64,000 bases of DNA from Lophium mytilinum (lineage: Eukaryota). Position numbers and translations under genes: made by a program. This document shows, piece by piece, positions 23,990 to 35,079 of the stretch. Positions within the stretch are counted from its first letter, which is position 1. Each line of letters begins with the position of its first letter. The notes under the pieces were generated by a model. That model saw nothing but the letters and a program-made list of their open reading frames with translations. It made no database searches and was not told the DNA's origin. The stretch spans positions 940,801-1,004,800 of the forward strand of contig MU004184.1 in assembly GCA_010093605.1 (NCBI GenBank), given 5' to 3'.

Positions 23990-26900
23990 GTATATATGCA
24001 CCCTCTTGCTATACTTCACTTCTTACTTACTTTTACCCCAGTCACCTACACCAACGCCCTCTCCTGCAGAGTGTAGATGGACGCTGTGCATGTTGTCGGC
24101 GTTATGTACCAACAAGCTCATTAACATGCTCAGACTAAACAGTTAGAAGCTCTACAAAGACCTCGCCAATAAGCGGCGTGGGTTTATAGCCTCAACCGAG
24201 GAGAAGTGCTCAACATCGGCCAAACACCCCAGCGATTGCAACAGCAATCGCTCAGTACGCCTTCACATCTTCTCTCGAGAATGTTGCTGATCACCTTCAG
24301 GTAGACCACGAACTCCAAACTCCATTCGTCCGTGGGCTCGACTTTGTTGATGCCACACTCCGCTCCATGTGGAAGACGACTCTCATGGTTATTAACACCT
24401 CCCATGACAAGAGACTGTCGAAGGGTTTGACGACTAGTCCTCCGCCACGACATTGGACCAAATAGGATGCCTTTTTACACTTCCCATAGGTGTCATTGTT
24501 TGCCAGTTTTGTAACTCTCCCCAATCCTGTCCTAGAAGCCTTGACGAGTGCTAGATAGAAAGGGGGAGCGCTTTTATATTTGGGAAAGAGGGAAAGGAGA
24601 GGAGATACGTGGATGTCATGTGAGTTCAACCGGGTTCTAGGGCAGTGAGGGAGATTTTGCTTGGTAGGGCTGGGAAGAACGGTAGAGAGGTCTCGTGATA
24701 CCCACGTGCTACTTATTTCTTCCGGGTATATAACATCTTCCACCTCCCGTCCTCCTTGCTCTAAGGTAGAGAAGGAGATGGTGGAAAAGGATCAAAAACA
24801 GATATACTTAGTTACCATGTTCGTTGCGTGCGTCTTAAACGCATTGACAAAGACGACTATGGTGTCTCCGGAACTTGGGGTGTTGCAAAAAAGGCTATAG
24901 TACAACCGTAGGGTGGTGAGGCGAAGACGCTAGCATCGCGATACTGACCGTTATCTTCTCCTGCTCCCTATTACGATCAGGTGTAAAGCGCTTAGTATAG
25001 TAGAACCCGCTAGTACACGTGTTTAAGAGGTGGAAGTGGTGGAGAGTATTATGAGACCTAATGGCTGTTCCACCGCCCGCCATTCTCTATTGCTTGGTGG
25101 CATGGACGTTGTTGAACACACACCCGGCCCAGCAAACTCTATTGCTTTTAGTATATATTTTTTGAACAATCACACTGCCATAGCCTAGTAGTAACTGTAT
25201 TGTTGAACAAAACGAAGACCCATAACATATATGGCAGACTAATTTTGCATCTCCCCTGAGGCTGCAACTGCTCTAAGGTTTCGAAGGAGAGGATTGGAGA
25301 GGCTTTAATACTCGCGAAGGAGAAAGCGAAGGAAGTAGCACGTGAGCATTATGTGGATTAGTCGGATATTTGATATAGAGAGGTAGAGGAAGAGACGACA
25401 GCTTGCGAGCGAGATAAGCAAGGAAAGGGGGCGTGATGGTCACGTAATAGCTAACTTTAGGGGGTATAAAATCTCTTCGTAGCTCTAGAGATGGTTCCTC
25501 TTAAAGCGAGGAGGAAGAAGTCTAAGGTGGAGGAAGCAAAACACATAACCGAGTGTACCATATGCGATGTTCGCAAGCGGTTCCTGGGAAGTTAGCGCGA
25601 GGCGCTTGCGCTCCCTTTTAACCTTTACTGGTAATCTCCACCACTTCTCTTTGCTCCTGCTTATCGAAGTCTGCTCCAAATCCTACTCTCCGGTGTCCAG
25701 CGTTCTTAGTAAGCTTTATCCATGCCTTACGGAGATTCTTACCATCGTTAGCCTATCCACTCAAACCGGCCCCCCTATTAGTTCATTGCATCCTGCTTTT
25801 ATTCCCACCGCTCCATTGGGCTTTCGCATTCTCAATTTGCCCACCTCCCATTGAAGCCCACTCTCCAGTGATGTGAAACCCACCTCACATCCTCCGAGAC
25901 ATAGAAATTGATCTCTGGCAGTTTTGAGCACCTCTCATGATGTACAACACGATGATGTAGTATTTCGAAGACTACCGCAACACCCCACCACATGGAATGG
26001 AGATTTTGCAAGAGTTCAAACCATGCGGTGCTTGATCTTTGATTTTGATCCCACAGACACCGGCCACATCCAGAGGTGTGTCTTTTCCTTTTGCACCTCC
26101 TCGAGGTTGCAACTGTCCTGTGGATCAAAAAGAAGGAGACCAGAGAAGTTTTTAACCCCACCGCTAACAGTACCCACGTGCCTTCCACGTGCTTCCCTCA
26201 TCCCCGCTGGTAGAAGAGAGAACCGCACCTAGGCCCATCCCCCGGGGAGATAGCGGGCAGGAAGGACAATGGCCACGTGATTACGTAGTTCTATATATAT
26301 AAAACCTTTCCCAGCTCTACAAGACATCTTCTTCCAGGTCAAGAAGAGAGCAAAGGAGCAAAGGAAATTAAAAAGGAACCTCAAACGGCGACATGTCCGT
26401 CGTTTCTGAGGTAAACTCTCCACACTTCGCAAAGCTATGGTGCAGCTGTTCCGGGGAAGTTTGTTGGATTATGACAATCACCCACAGCAATCAATGCTAG
26501 TAGCAAACAGGGTCGTTCCATGTACATAATGTAGCGTCCCAACCTAATATCAGATGCTACGGCCTACAATCAACAAAGTTTGAGTTTCTGCGTATTGCTG
26601 CTACTCTCCACCACTTGATTACCCTGCTGCTGCTGCTCGGAAACCGCTCTCGATCTCACTGCCTGGTATCTCGACATCTTAATGAGCTCTGACTCTGCCT
26701 TTTCATGCTGCTCTTCGTCATCGCTACGTGAAGTGTAGCTCCAGACCTCCTCCATTGTGTCTGTTTCAGTGCCGGTTTTGCTCCCGCTGCTCCATTAATG
26801 CCATCTCCATTGCCTTTTGCACGCCTCCCCCCATATGGGAACAGGCTGCAGGTTTTTTGAGACCCACTGCCACAGATCTGCCCCCACATTGGTCGAATTC

Positions 26901-27016
26901 TTCTCTTTCTTTGAACCACTGGCGAAGCTATCTTAAAAACCCTTGAGAAACCTAACTCGCAGGAGGTGGGAAACTATTTATACCTACCGAAGGAAATAAT
27001 TTTCTAGGGTCACGTG
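23990..27016. other. Array A: alternating-orientation CACGTG+TATA promoter modules with non-coding spacers
   Basis: TATA-like boxes at 24572-78(-), 24727-33(+), 25304-10(-), 25465-71(+), 26149-56(-, degenerate), 26298-304(+), 26975-82(-). CACGTG at 24703, 25016, 25339, 26175, 26186, 26274, 27011. No convincing CDS; left boundary uncertain. Confidence 0.7.
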
Positions 27017-27152
27017 TCGATTATGACTAAGACTCAAACCCCTATACACAACACACACCATCTTGAAACCTCCCCGTAAATGTTAAAACTTTGAACGATT
27101 TTCTTGAACATCTACACCATGTCAGCTATACTACACCACCCCCACTCCCTGT

Positions 27153-29137
27153 CTAAAACGTCGTCTCCGTATTCCCCTCCCCCATACTCTTACTCCCACT
27201 ACTCCCACTCTGAATCGCCCCCAAAATCCCATCAATATACCCCGCCCCACTCCACTTCTGATGCGTCAACACATCACACCCAATCTCCTTCTCCCTTCTC
27301 TGCACCAAATTCACATACGCCAGCATCCCCTCATCCTTAAACGCCTTACTCAACTCACACGTGATCGTCGCCGTCGAATGCAGTCCCGCGAGACTAATCA
27401 ACTGCAGCACAAACCCATGCTTCGCGAGGTCCCACACAAACGACTTGAGCGACGCCTCCGAGAACCCGTGGCCCATCCAGTTGAATGAGGGGGAGAGGTT
27501 GTACACGAACTTCTTCCCCGGGTACTGCGAGCGGATCTCGCCGGCGAACTTGCCGGCTTTCTCGACGGAGGGGTCGGCCGTTTCGACCCAGAGGAGGTCG
27601 GCAAAGGGCGCGAATTCTTTGGCGCGTTTGGTCGCGGCGGCCATGCCGGCGCGGTAGTGGTAGAAGCCTTCGCGTGTGCGGGGCACGTCCCAGTTGAAGT
27701 AGACGGGGGATTTTGTGAATTTCGCGGCGAGGGCGCGGCGTTTGAGGAGGGAGAAGTTGGGGTTGGCGGCGGATTCGGAGACGTAGGTGTCGATGGTTGA
27801 TTGGGGGGCGGATTCAGACTTGAGATGGGCTACGACAGCTGTGGGGATGTTAATAAGTTGGGAAGATGGAAAGGGGGTATGGTTAAAGGGGTACCAACCT
27901 TCGTCGAACGTATAGAGCTTGTTCTTCTTCACCCACGCCGCTTCGTAGGCGTCGATTTCCGCACCGGGCGCCCCTGCGGCTTCCATGTCTTGCAGCACTT
28001 CGGACAGCGGCTCGGCTTCTTCGGTCACGCCGAGGATGAATTCGTGGTCGCGCACGTCGACGGCGCTGCTGATGAGTTTACCGCTTTCTGAGTCGGTGCG
28101 CGCGATGACGAGGTTCTCGCAGCCCATCATGTCCCACTGAAAGCGGGCGGCGACGAGGCGGTTGATGTGGTCGCCGACGGGCACGAGGACCTTGCCGGCG
28201 AGATGGCCGCATTTCTTGCCGCCGTGGAGCTGGTCCTCGAAGTGGACGGCTGCGGCGCCGTTTTCGGCGAAGAGTTTGGCGAGTTTGATGACGGCTGAGA
28301 GACCGCCGTGACTGAGGGTTTAGTTAGTTTATATCATGGAGTTGCGGAGTTTGAGCACTCACCCAGTATCACCATCCGCAATAATAGGCCTCATGTAGTC
28401 CACATAAGGAGTCTTGGCACGCTCTTCAGCGCTCAGTTTCCTCCGATTATCCCAATTCCTGCGGTCATGGAGCTGCTGGGCCTTGAAAAGCCGCTGAACC
28501 TGGTTCGGCACAGTATTGTACGGGTAGTCACCAAAATCAGCAGACACCTCGTTGGTCGAAGTCAACACGGACGAGCAGGCCCAGCCCGAGATGTACAGCA
28601 CCTCTTGGTTCGGGGCCTGCTGGGTCATTTGCACGGGGTCAATGGCACCCACTACAATGATAGAAACAAATGTATTAGTTTATGATATATTGTACAGCTA
28701 GTTAGGAGGTCATGGGACGCACTCGTGTGGACGGGCTCCCCCTTCGCGGCCCGCTCCTCGAACAGGTTGAACAGCTTCCGCGCCATCAACGAGCTTGGGT
28801 ACGTCTGCTGGAGCGCTCCCCGCTTGCTGACCACATCCTCCGCTGAGTATGGCCGCTTGATGTCCTTGTAGCGCGGCGATGCCCACCATTCCTTCACCTG
28901 TTGTACTTGGGTGTCGAAGAGGGCATCTTCGGCTTCGCCAGCTTTCGAAGCTTCCGAGAGCAGCTGGTATGAGTCGGCGGGGAGGGCTATGGATACGGGA
29001 GGGTTTACTGGGGCGAGTGCTGAGCTCGACATGCGGTATGCTGTGGTGGAGAGTGGTCGGAGTAGTGAGGGCTGCTTGTTAGCGATCTTAAGGTGACGGC
29101 TTTGTCGAGCAACTGATCGTGAGACGGTTCGCAACAT
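27153..29137 (-). CDS. mclA: Mitochondrial 2-methylisocitrate lyase (isocitrate lyase family)
   Basis: Arg/Ser-rich targeting peptide; [77 protein letters not shown]. Three introns. Confidence 0.93.
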
Positions 29138-29730
29138 GACGCCTGGAGTCTTGGTAGAGTCTCAGACAGTGAAGCAGCGGACCAAAGGCTCTATAACGGC
29201 AGACGAAGGCGAATATCCGTCAGCGTGCACTGCAGCTTCTCCGCGGCCGTGAATTATAGAATGCCCTGGGTCCTCGGGATTGGCTCGGGTATTCTATCGT
29301 GAAGGAAGTCGTAGGGCGCGGAGGGAATCGTCTGGTGTCTTCTGCGAACCACGGCGGCCGTGTCTTTCTCTTGTGGGCCTGGCACGGTTTAATGGCTGCT
29401 CGGGTTCTGTTTGTTTGTGTGTGCACATCCAGGAACGGCGAGGATATGTTTCTCCCCTCCGCAGGTCGGACCGAACACCCGAGGTATGCGAGTGTAACCA
29501 TCCCGCCAGACCGTCTTGGTCGGCCATTGCCGAGCTTGTTGAACCACACGAAGGCTGGAACGTGGGCCATGTTGCCATCTGCTGGCTTCTGATCCCGCAA
29601 ATTTTCTGCTCTTATAACCCCAATTGCCGCCCCGCGCCCGGTGAAAGCTTGAAAAGAGACTGTTCGCCTCCCCACAAACTTCAAAACAGCCACAGCTACC
29701 CCGCGGTACCTACCCCACACTCCAATCGTC
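29138..29730. promoter_or_regulatory. Bidirectional promoter of the methylcitrate genes, with FarA/FarB(CTF1)-type CCTCGG sites
   Basis: Divergent ATGs at 29137(-) and 29731(+); CCTCGG at 29272-29277 and CCGAGG at 29479-29484. Confidence 0.55.
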
Positions 29731-31382
29731 ATGGCATTGAGCGCGAGATCCGCGTCGAGAGCTCTGAGGGCTGTCAAGGTGCGTGCCGGAGACATGGAGA
29801 GCCTTGATCATGTAACTAATAACGCGCGTAGCCCTCTACGCTGAGACCTTTTGCTTCTGGTGGGTCCTTTGAAGCTGTGTCCAGCCGACCCACGATGCTG
29901 ACCCCACCACAGTCCAGAGCTGCAGCTATGCGACATCCTCGGAGCCAGATCTCAAGGAGACTTTCAAGAAGGTCCTGCCTGCGAAGAAGGAGCTCCTGAA
30001 GAAGGTCAAGGCCAATGGCGACAAGGTCATCGGCGAGGTCAAGGTTGAAAACACCTTGGGCGGCATGAGGTACACACGGGATCACAGTTATTCACCTCCA
30101 ACAAACACTAATTTAATTCTAGAGGTCTCAAGGCCATGATCTGGGAAGGCTCGGTCCTAGACGCCAACGAGGGTATCCGCTTCCACGGCAAGACAATCAA
30201 GGACTGCCAAAAAGAGCTCCCCAAGGGCACCTCCGGCACTGAAATGCTGCCGGAAGCCATGTTCTGGCTGCTTCTCACCGGCGAGGTCCCAAGCGTAGGC
30301 CAGACCCGCGCCCTCTCCCGCGAGCTGGCCGAGAAGGGCCAGATCCCCAAGTTCGTCGAGAAGATGCTGGACGACTTCCCCACCGACCTGCACCCAATGA
30401 CGCAGTTCGCCTGCGCTGTCTCAGCCCTGAACTACGAGTCCAAGTTTGCGAAGGCGTACGCGGACGGCATCAACAAGGCCGACTACTGGGAGCCCACCTT
30501 CGACGACTGCATCAGCCTGCTCGCGAAGCTGCCCACCATCGCGGCCAAGATCTACCAGAACGCGTACCGCGGCGGTGGAGCTCTCCCCGCTCAAATCGAC
30601 CTCGAGCAGGATTGGTCGTACAACTTCGCCGCCATGCTGGGCAAGGCCGGCAAGGAGAACGAGGGCTTCCAGGACCTCCTCCGTCTATACCTCGCGCTCC
30701 ACGGCGACCACGAGGGCGGCAACGTCTCGGCCCACGCCACTCACTTGGTCGGCAGCGCCCTCAGCGACCCCTTCCTCAGCTACTCCGCCGGTCTACAAGG
30801 TCTCGCTGGTCCCCTCCACGGCCTCGCCGCACAGGAAGTCCTCCGCTTCATCCTGCAGATGCAGGAAGCTGTCGGTGAGAACTTTTCCGAGAAAGACGTC
30901 TCTGACTACCTCTGGAGCATCCTCAAGTCCGGCCGCGTGATCCCCGGCTACGGCCACGCCGTGCTGCGGAAACCCGACCCTCGCTTCGAGGCGCTGATGG
31001 ACTTTGCGGACGCCAGGCCCGATATTGCGAAGAACCCGGTGTATCAGCTCGTCAGGAAGAACTCGGAGGTTGCGCCGGGGGTGTTGACTGAGCATGGAAA
31101 GGTAAGATATAACCCATATTTGTACAGTTATCGAGTTTGGAGGGATGAGGGCTAATGTGTGGCGTCTAGACTAAGAACCCCTTCCCCAACGTTGACTCCT
31201 CCTCCGGCGTGCTCTTCCACCACTACGGCTTCCACGAGACTCTCTACTACACCGCTACGTTCGGCGTGTCGCGTGGCTTGGGACCGCTTGCGCAACTTAT
31301 TTGGGACCGCGCGTTGGGCCTGCCGATTGAGAGGCCGAAGAGCATTAACCTCGCTGGTATTTTGAAGCAGATTGGCGCATAA
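29731..31382 (+). CDS. mcsA: Mitochondrial 2-methylcitrate synthase (citrate synthase family)
   Basis: [87 protein letters not shown]. Divergent from the methylisocitrate lyase. Confidence 0.93.
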
Positions 31383-31577
31383 GCGACGACTTTACGAATG
31401 AAAGAAAAGGGATGAAGATGGGAACGTCTTGTATATAATAAATAGCTAGAGCGCTAGGATTTCAATGGAATTGGTTTGAAAGAACGCTGCGGGACTGAGA
31501 GAGGTGTGTTTGGCTATCATGTTTGCGTGTGCGGAATGCAAGGGGTCTGGCTCTTTTAAGGGAAGTCAGATGGCTTT

Positions 31578-34500
31578 CACGTGATTCCGCTCCTCTCGTT
31601 TTCTTGTTCTCCTATGGAAGGCTTACCGGCTCTCGCTTTCTTGGTTCTTTAGAGGTTTCATGGGGTTTGATAAAAAGTTACACCAAGGTGCTTTGTGATG
31701 TTGGAGGAGGCTCTGTGGTGCAACAACTTGAAGGGACGGTTTGATGGGTCGGGTTTGGTCTCGCGTCGACTAAAGCACACACCTACCTTATGGGAGTGGA
31801 GGAGTCCGCGGGGGATCAAAAACAAAGGAGGGAAAGAACCGATGGTGGCGAGAGTGGTGGCGGCAGTGCTATCACTTCCTGATAGTCAGCACCACTACGC
31901 AGGCCTAATGGAAACTACATGTAACAGACGAGGCTACCAAGCAACAATGACAACAAGAGCCAGATAAGGGGAGGGTTACGAGATGGTGGTGAGCATCTCC
32001 AACTTCGCGTACTGCTCAACAGTCATCGGGGTCCTCTTGCTCCAGTTTGACACTCCCACCAAGATCCTCCTCCAGCTCCATGGTGTTATGATGCCCCTCG
32101 TTTTACCAGGAAGCCGCACACATCAGACGGTGGTGCAAATTGTTTTGCTTTCCGGTTCCTCCGCTCTCTCTGCGCAAAAGAAAATGTGTTCTGTGGTGGG
32201 CTTTTATACGTGTCGACGGGGGGGTTGAAGCTATCACGTGGGTATCACCGGAGTACCCCTTTCCTCTCTTACCCTCCTACCAAGACCGTCGCCTAGCAAG
32301 CGAGCAGGAGGCACGTGAAACCCGAGGGAGCACGTGGAGAACACGCGCTGAATTTCAGTGGTGAGGTATAGAATCTTCCCCCCACTTGTTGTTCCTATCG
32401 TGAAGACAGTTGTGGCCTCAAAGGAGGTGCAACAAGCAAAGGATACCAGAAGAAGTGTCCACTCTCTGCAAAAATCCAACTGCGCATCAATACATGTTCG
32501 TGGAAGAAAACTAAATCTACACTCCTTCAATGGAAGCATTTGGGAGTCGGTGTGGTATTCACGAGAAGGGACTAGATGGAATAGCTGGGGTCAGTACTGG
32601 GGCCATCCCTAGTGGACTGTCTGATGGTGAACTTCAGGGATTAGTTGTAATGGAGACGTGGAGCAGGACATAAGGTTGTTGGCTAAATGAAGTCTTGGAG
32701 CTGGGGGAGAATAGGAGGAGTAGAGAATGGTGGTTAGTATCTTTACTCTTTCATATTCTCTTCCCCAACTCCATTGCATCCTAACCTTGTCATCTTTGAT
32801 ACTCCCACCAAGAACCTCCAGCACCCATTGCGAGTTGTCCCTCGCGTTTGACAAGAAAGTCAGGCACATTAGACGCTTGTCTGGACTATTTTACTTTCCA
32901 ACTCCCTTCGTTCCTCTGTATGAAGAAAGCTGTATTACAGAGCGGAGCTTTTATACCTGTCGAAAGGGAGAAGTGAAGCTGTCACGTGGGGGCCTCGTGA
33001 CTACTCCCTTTCCTCCTGAGCAAAGTCATCGCAGAGTTTGGTACGTTTCTATCGTCAAATCGTCGAAATCACGACATCTCGTGCCCCTCACGTGCGTTAC
33101 GTCTCTACCTTCCCTCATCTCCTATATAAACCTCGCTAAGTCCTGCTTCTTAAGTTCCTCAGAGGTTTGGTGGGGGGCTCGGGCTTGTTCAAGATAACAC
33201 AGCCGGGGACCCCATGTTGTGGTGGAGCTGGGAGGTGAAAACGAACAGCGAAGATGAGAATGGCTTCGGCCATTGTTTGGTTTCGCTTTGAGCAAAACTG
33301 CCTCTTGGACTTCTTGATGATTGTGAAAAGAAAGGAGATCAGGACAAGTGAGAGCGTGGTGGGGTCGGGTGTGTTCAAACCATGACAAGTGCCATCAAAT
33401 GGCAAATGGAGATAGCTGGTGGAGAGTTCGGGGCTGGAGGACGAGATTTTGGATGTGGTGGTGATAAGTATGTTCGACGGATTAAAACAAGGAGTACAGA
33501 ATAATAAAGCTGCTACTAAACACCGAGCTTCAGAACTGAGAACAAGAAACGGGACTAGTAGATAGTGGTCAGCAGCATTGCGAGGATCGAACAGTCCGCC
33601 CTCAACTCGTGCGATAGTGGACAACGTCGTTTTGCACACCCCACCCAGACTCCCACGCCATGAGAGCACCCTCACTCCAGATTTTTGCTCCCCTCCACCC
33701 AGCCCATGGTTCGGTCGTGTCACATAGTTTGCACAGTGGACCCAGATCCCACACCATGGACATGCAGCTATTCCATTTTTTAATCCCTCCCGCATTCCAA
33801 CCTCCTCCCTGCAAAAAAGCCCTCGTCCACAACGGCGGTGGAGGTTTTATACCCAGACAAAATCGACCGCACGTGAGTCTCACCTGACCTCCCCTTCTTT
33901 CTCCGTTCCCACCCTCGCAGAATCACATGCAATAGCCACCGTCTAGGTAGCGAAGTCGCGTGACGCACACATGACTTCCTCCAATTTCCCTTCGCCGGCA
34001 GGTATATAAACCTCGCCAGCTTCCACCTCTCAAGCTCTCCAGAGGTGTCGGGCGTCGGTTTTGGTCTTGTTCAAATATTAATTAAGAAGAAACTAATGGT
34101 AGAGTTGTTGTGGACAGTGCAAAAACCCTTCGTCCCAGCCAGCCATGGAGTGCGTGCGAAAGAAAAACATGGAGCGAAAGTCGCCTCATGGAGTAGCGGG
34201 AGCAACTGGAGTCGGAAATAAACACGATCCTAGCAAAAGGCAATGGAGAGGTGGAGGGAAGGATAAAAAACGATTGGGGCGTAGCGAGGGAAGTTGGAGG
34301 TGGTGCAGGGAAGAATCGTGGTGGTCTTCACCTCTTACTTTTGATAACGAGGAAGAGTGGAGAAGGAAGCCGATACCTCGCAACGAAGTAGCGAGTAATA
34401 GATAGAATGGTTCTAAGTAGATGGTGAAGGGAATTACTAGTGTGCGGGGGATATTCCGAATAGCCATCGGACTGGAGATGCTCATCGATTGCTGGCTCCT

Positions 34501-34663
34501 CCAGACTCCCACTGGTCCATCCAATACTTGAACCGTGGTTTTGACAGCAAACAACGCGCTTCCATAGGGTATTGCTCGGTCTAGTTTGTTGACTCCAATT
34601 TCCTGCTGCTTCTAGTTGAGGGGTCTGTAGAGAACATGAACGAGGTTTTATAGTAGTCACGTG
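31578..34663. other. Array B: four tandem ~750-900-bp units bounded by convergent CACGTG+TATA promoter modules
   Basis: TATA-like boxes at 31613-19(+, degenerate), 32202-08(-), 32367-73(+), 32949-55(-), 33123-30(+), 33845-51(-), 34003-10(+), 34646-52(-). CACGTG at 31578, 32235, 32312, 32331, 32983, 33089, 33870, 34658. Units are visibly paralogous. Confidence 0.78.
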
Positions 34664-35079
34664 AATAACATCACCCCTAACACACCACCTCAAAAAAACA
34701 CGTCTCAAATTTTCTAGGACAGACGTAGGTATGGAGCGCAGCGCAAGCTCCCTCCTACCATCCTCCGTCCGATCGCAAATCCCTAAGCGGAAAAACATCC
34801 TGTGGGCGGGTATCGCATTCAACATCAAGATACGACCGAACCCCACTCGTCTATAGAAGCGCGTCATCCATATCCAAGCAACCCTTGACATTACCCGGAC
34901 AGAAAAAGCAGTCAACAGCCAGAAGCCCCCATCTATAAGTGACGCCGAGAAATGCAGTGAATCATGAACCAGAAAAGATAGTACGGAGCCAGAGCTCGTC
35001 TCTATAAGCCACTCGGTCCCATGAAAGTGACTAGATTTAAATCAGTGATTTTCATGATACATTGTCGTGGTCACCATGT

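Noticed and set aside
33136..33795. 219-aa minus-strand ORF spanning one array B unit, and other 60-195 aa ORFs in the arrays
   Set aside because: No recognisable domain, and reading frames are not preserved between paralogous units. Short spliced peptides are not fully excluded; an acceptor-like ACTAAC..CAG lies at ~32738-32701 on the minus strand.
23990..34663. CRISPR array interpretation of the repeat-spacer layout
   Set aside because: Eukaryotic context, degenerate ~150-bp repeats, ~600-bp spacers that are partly paralogous, and no cas genes.
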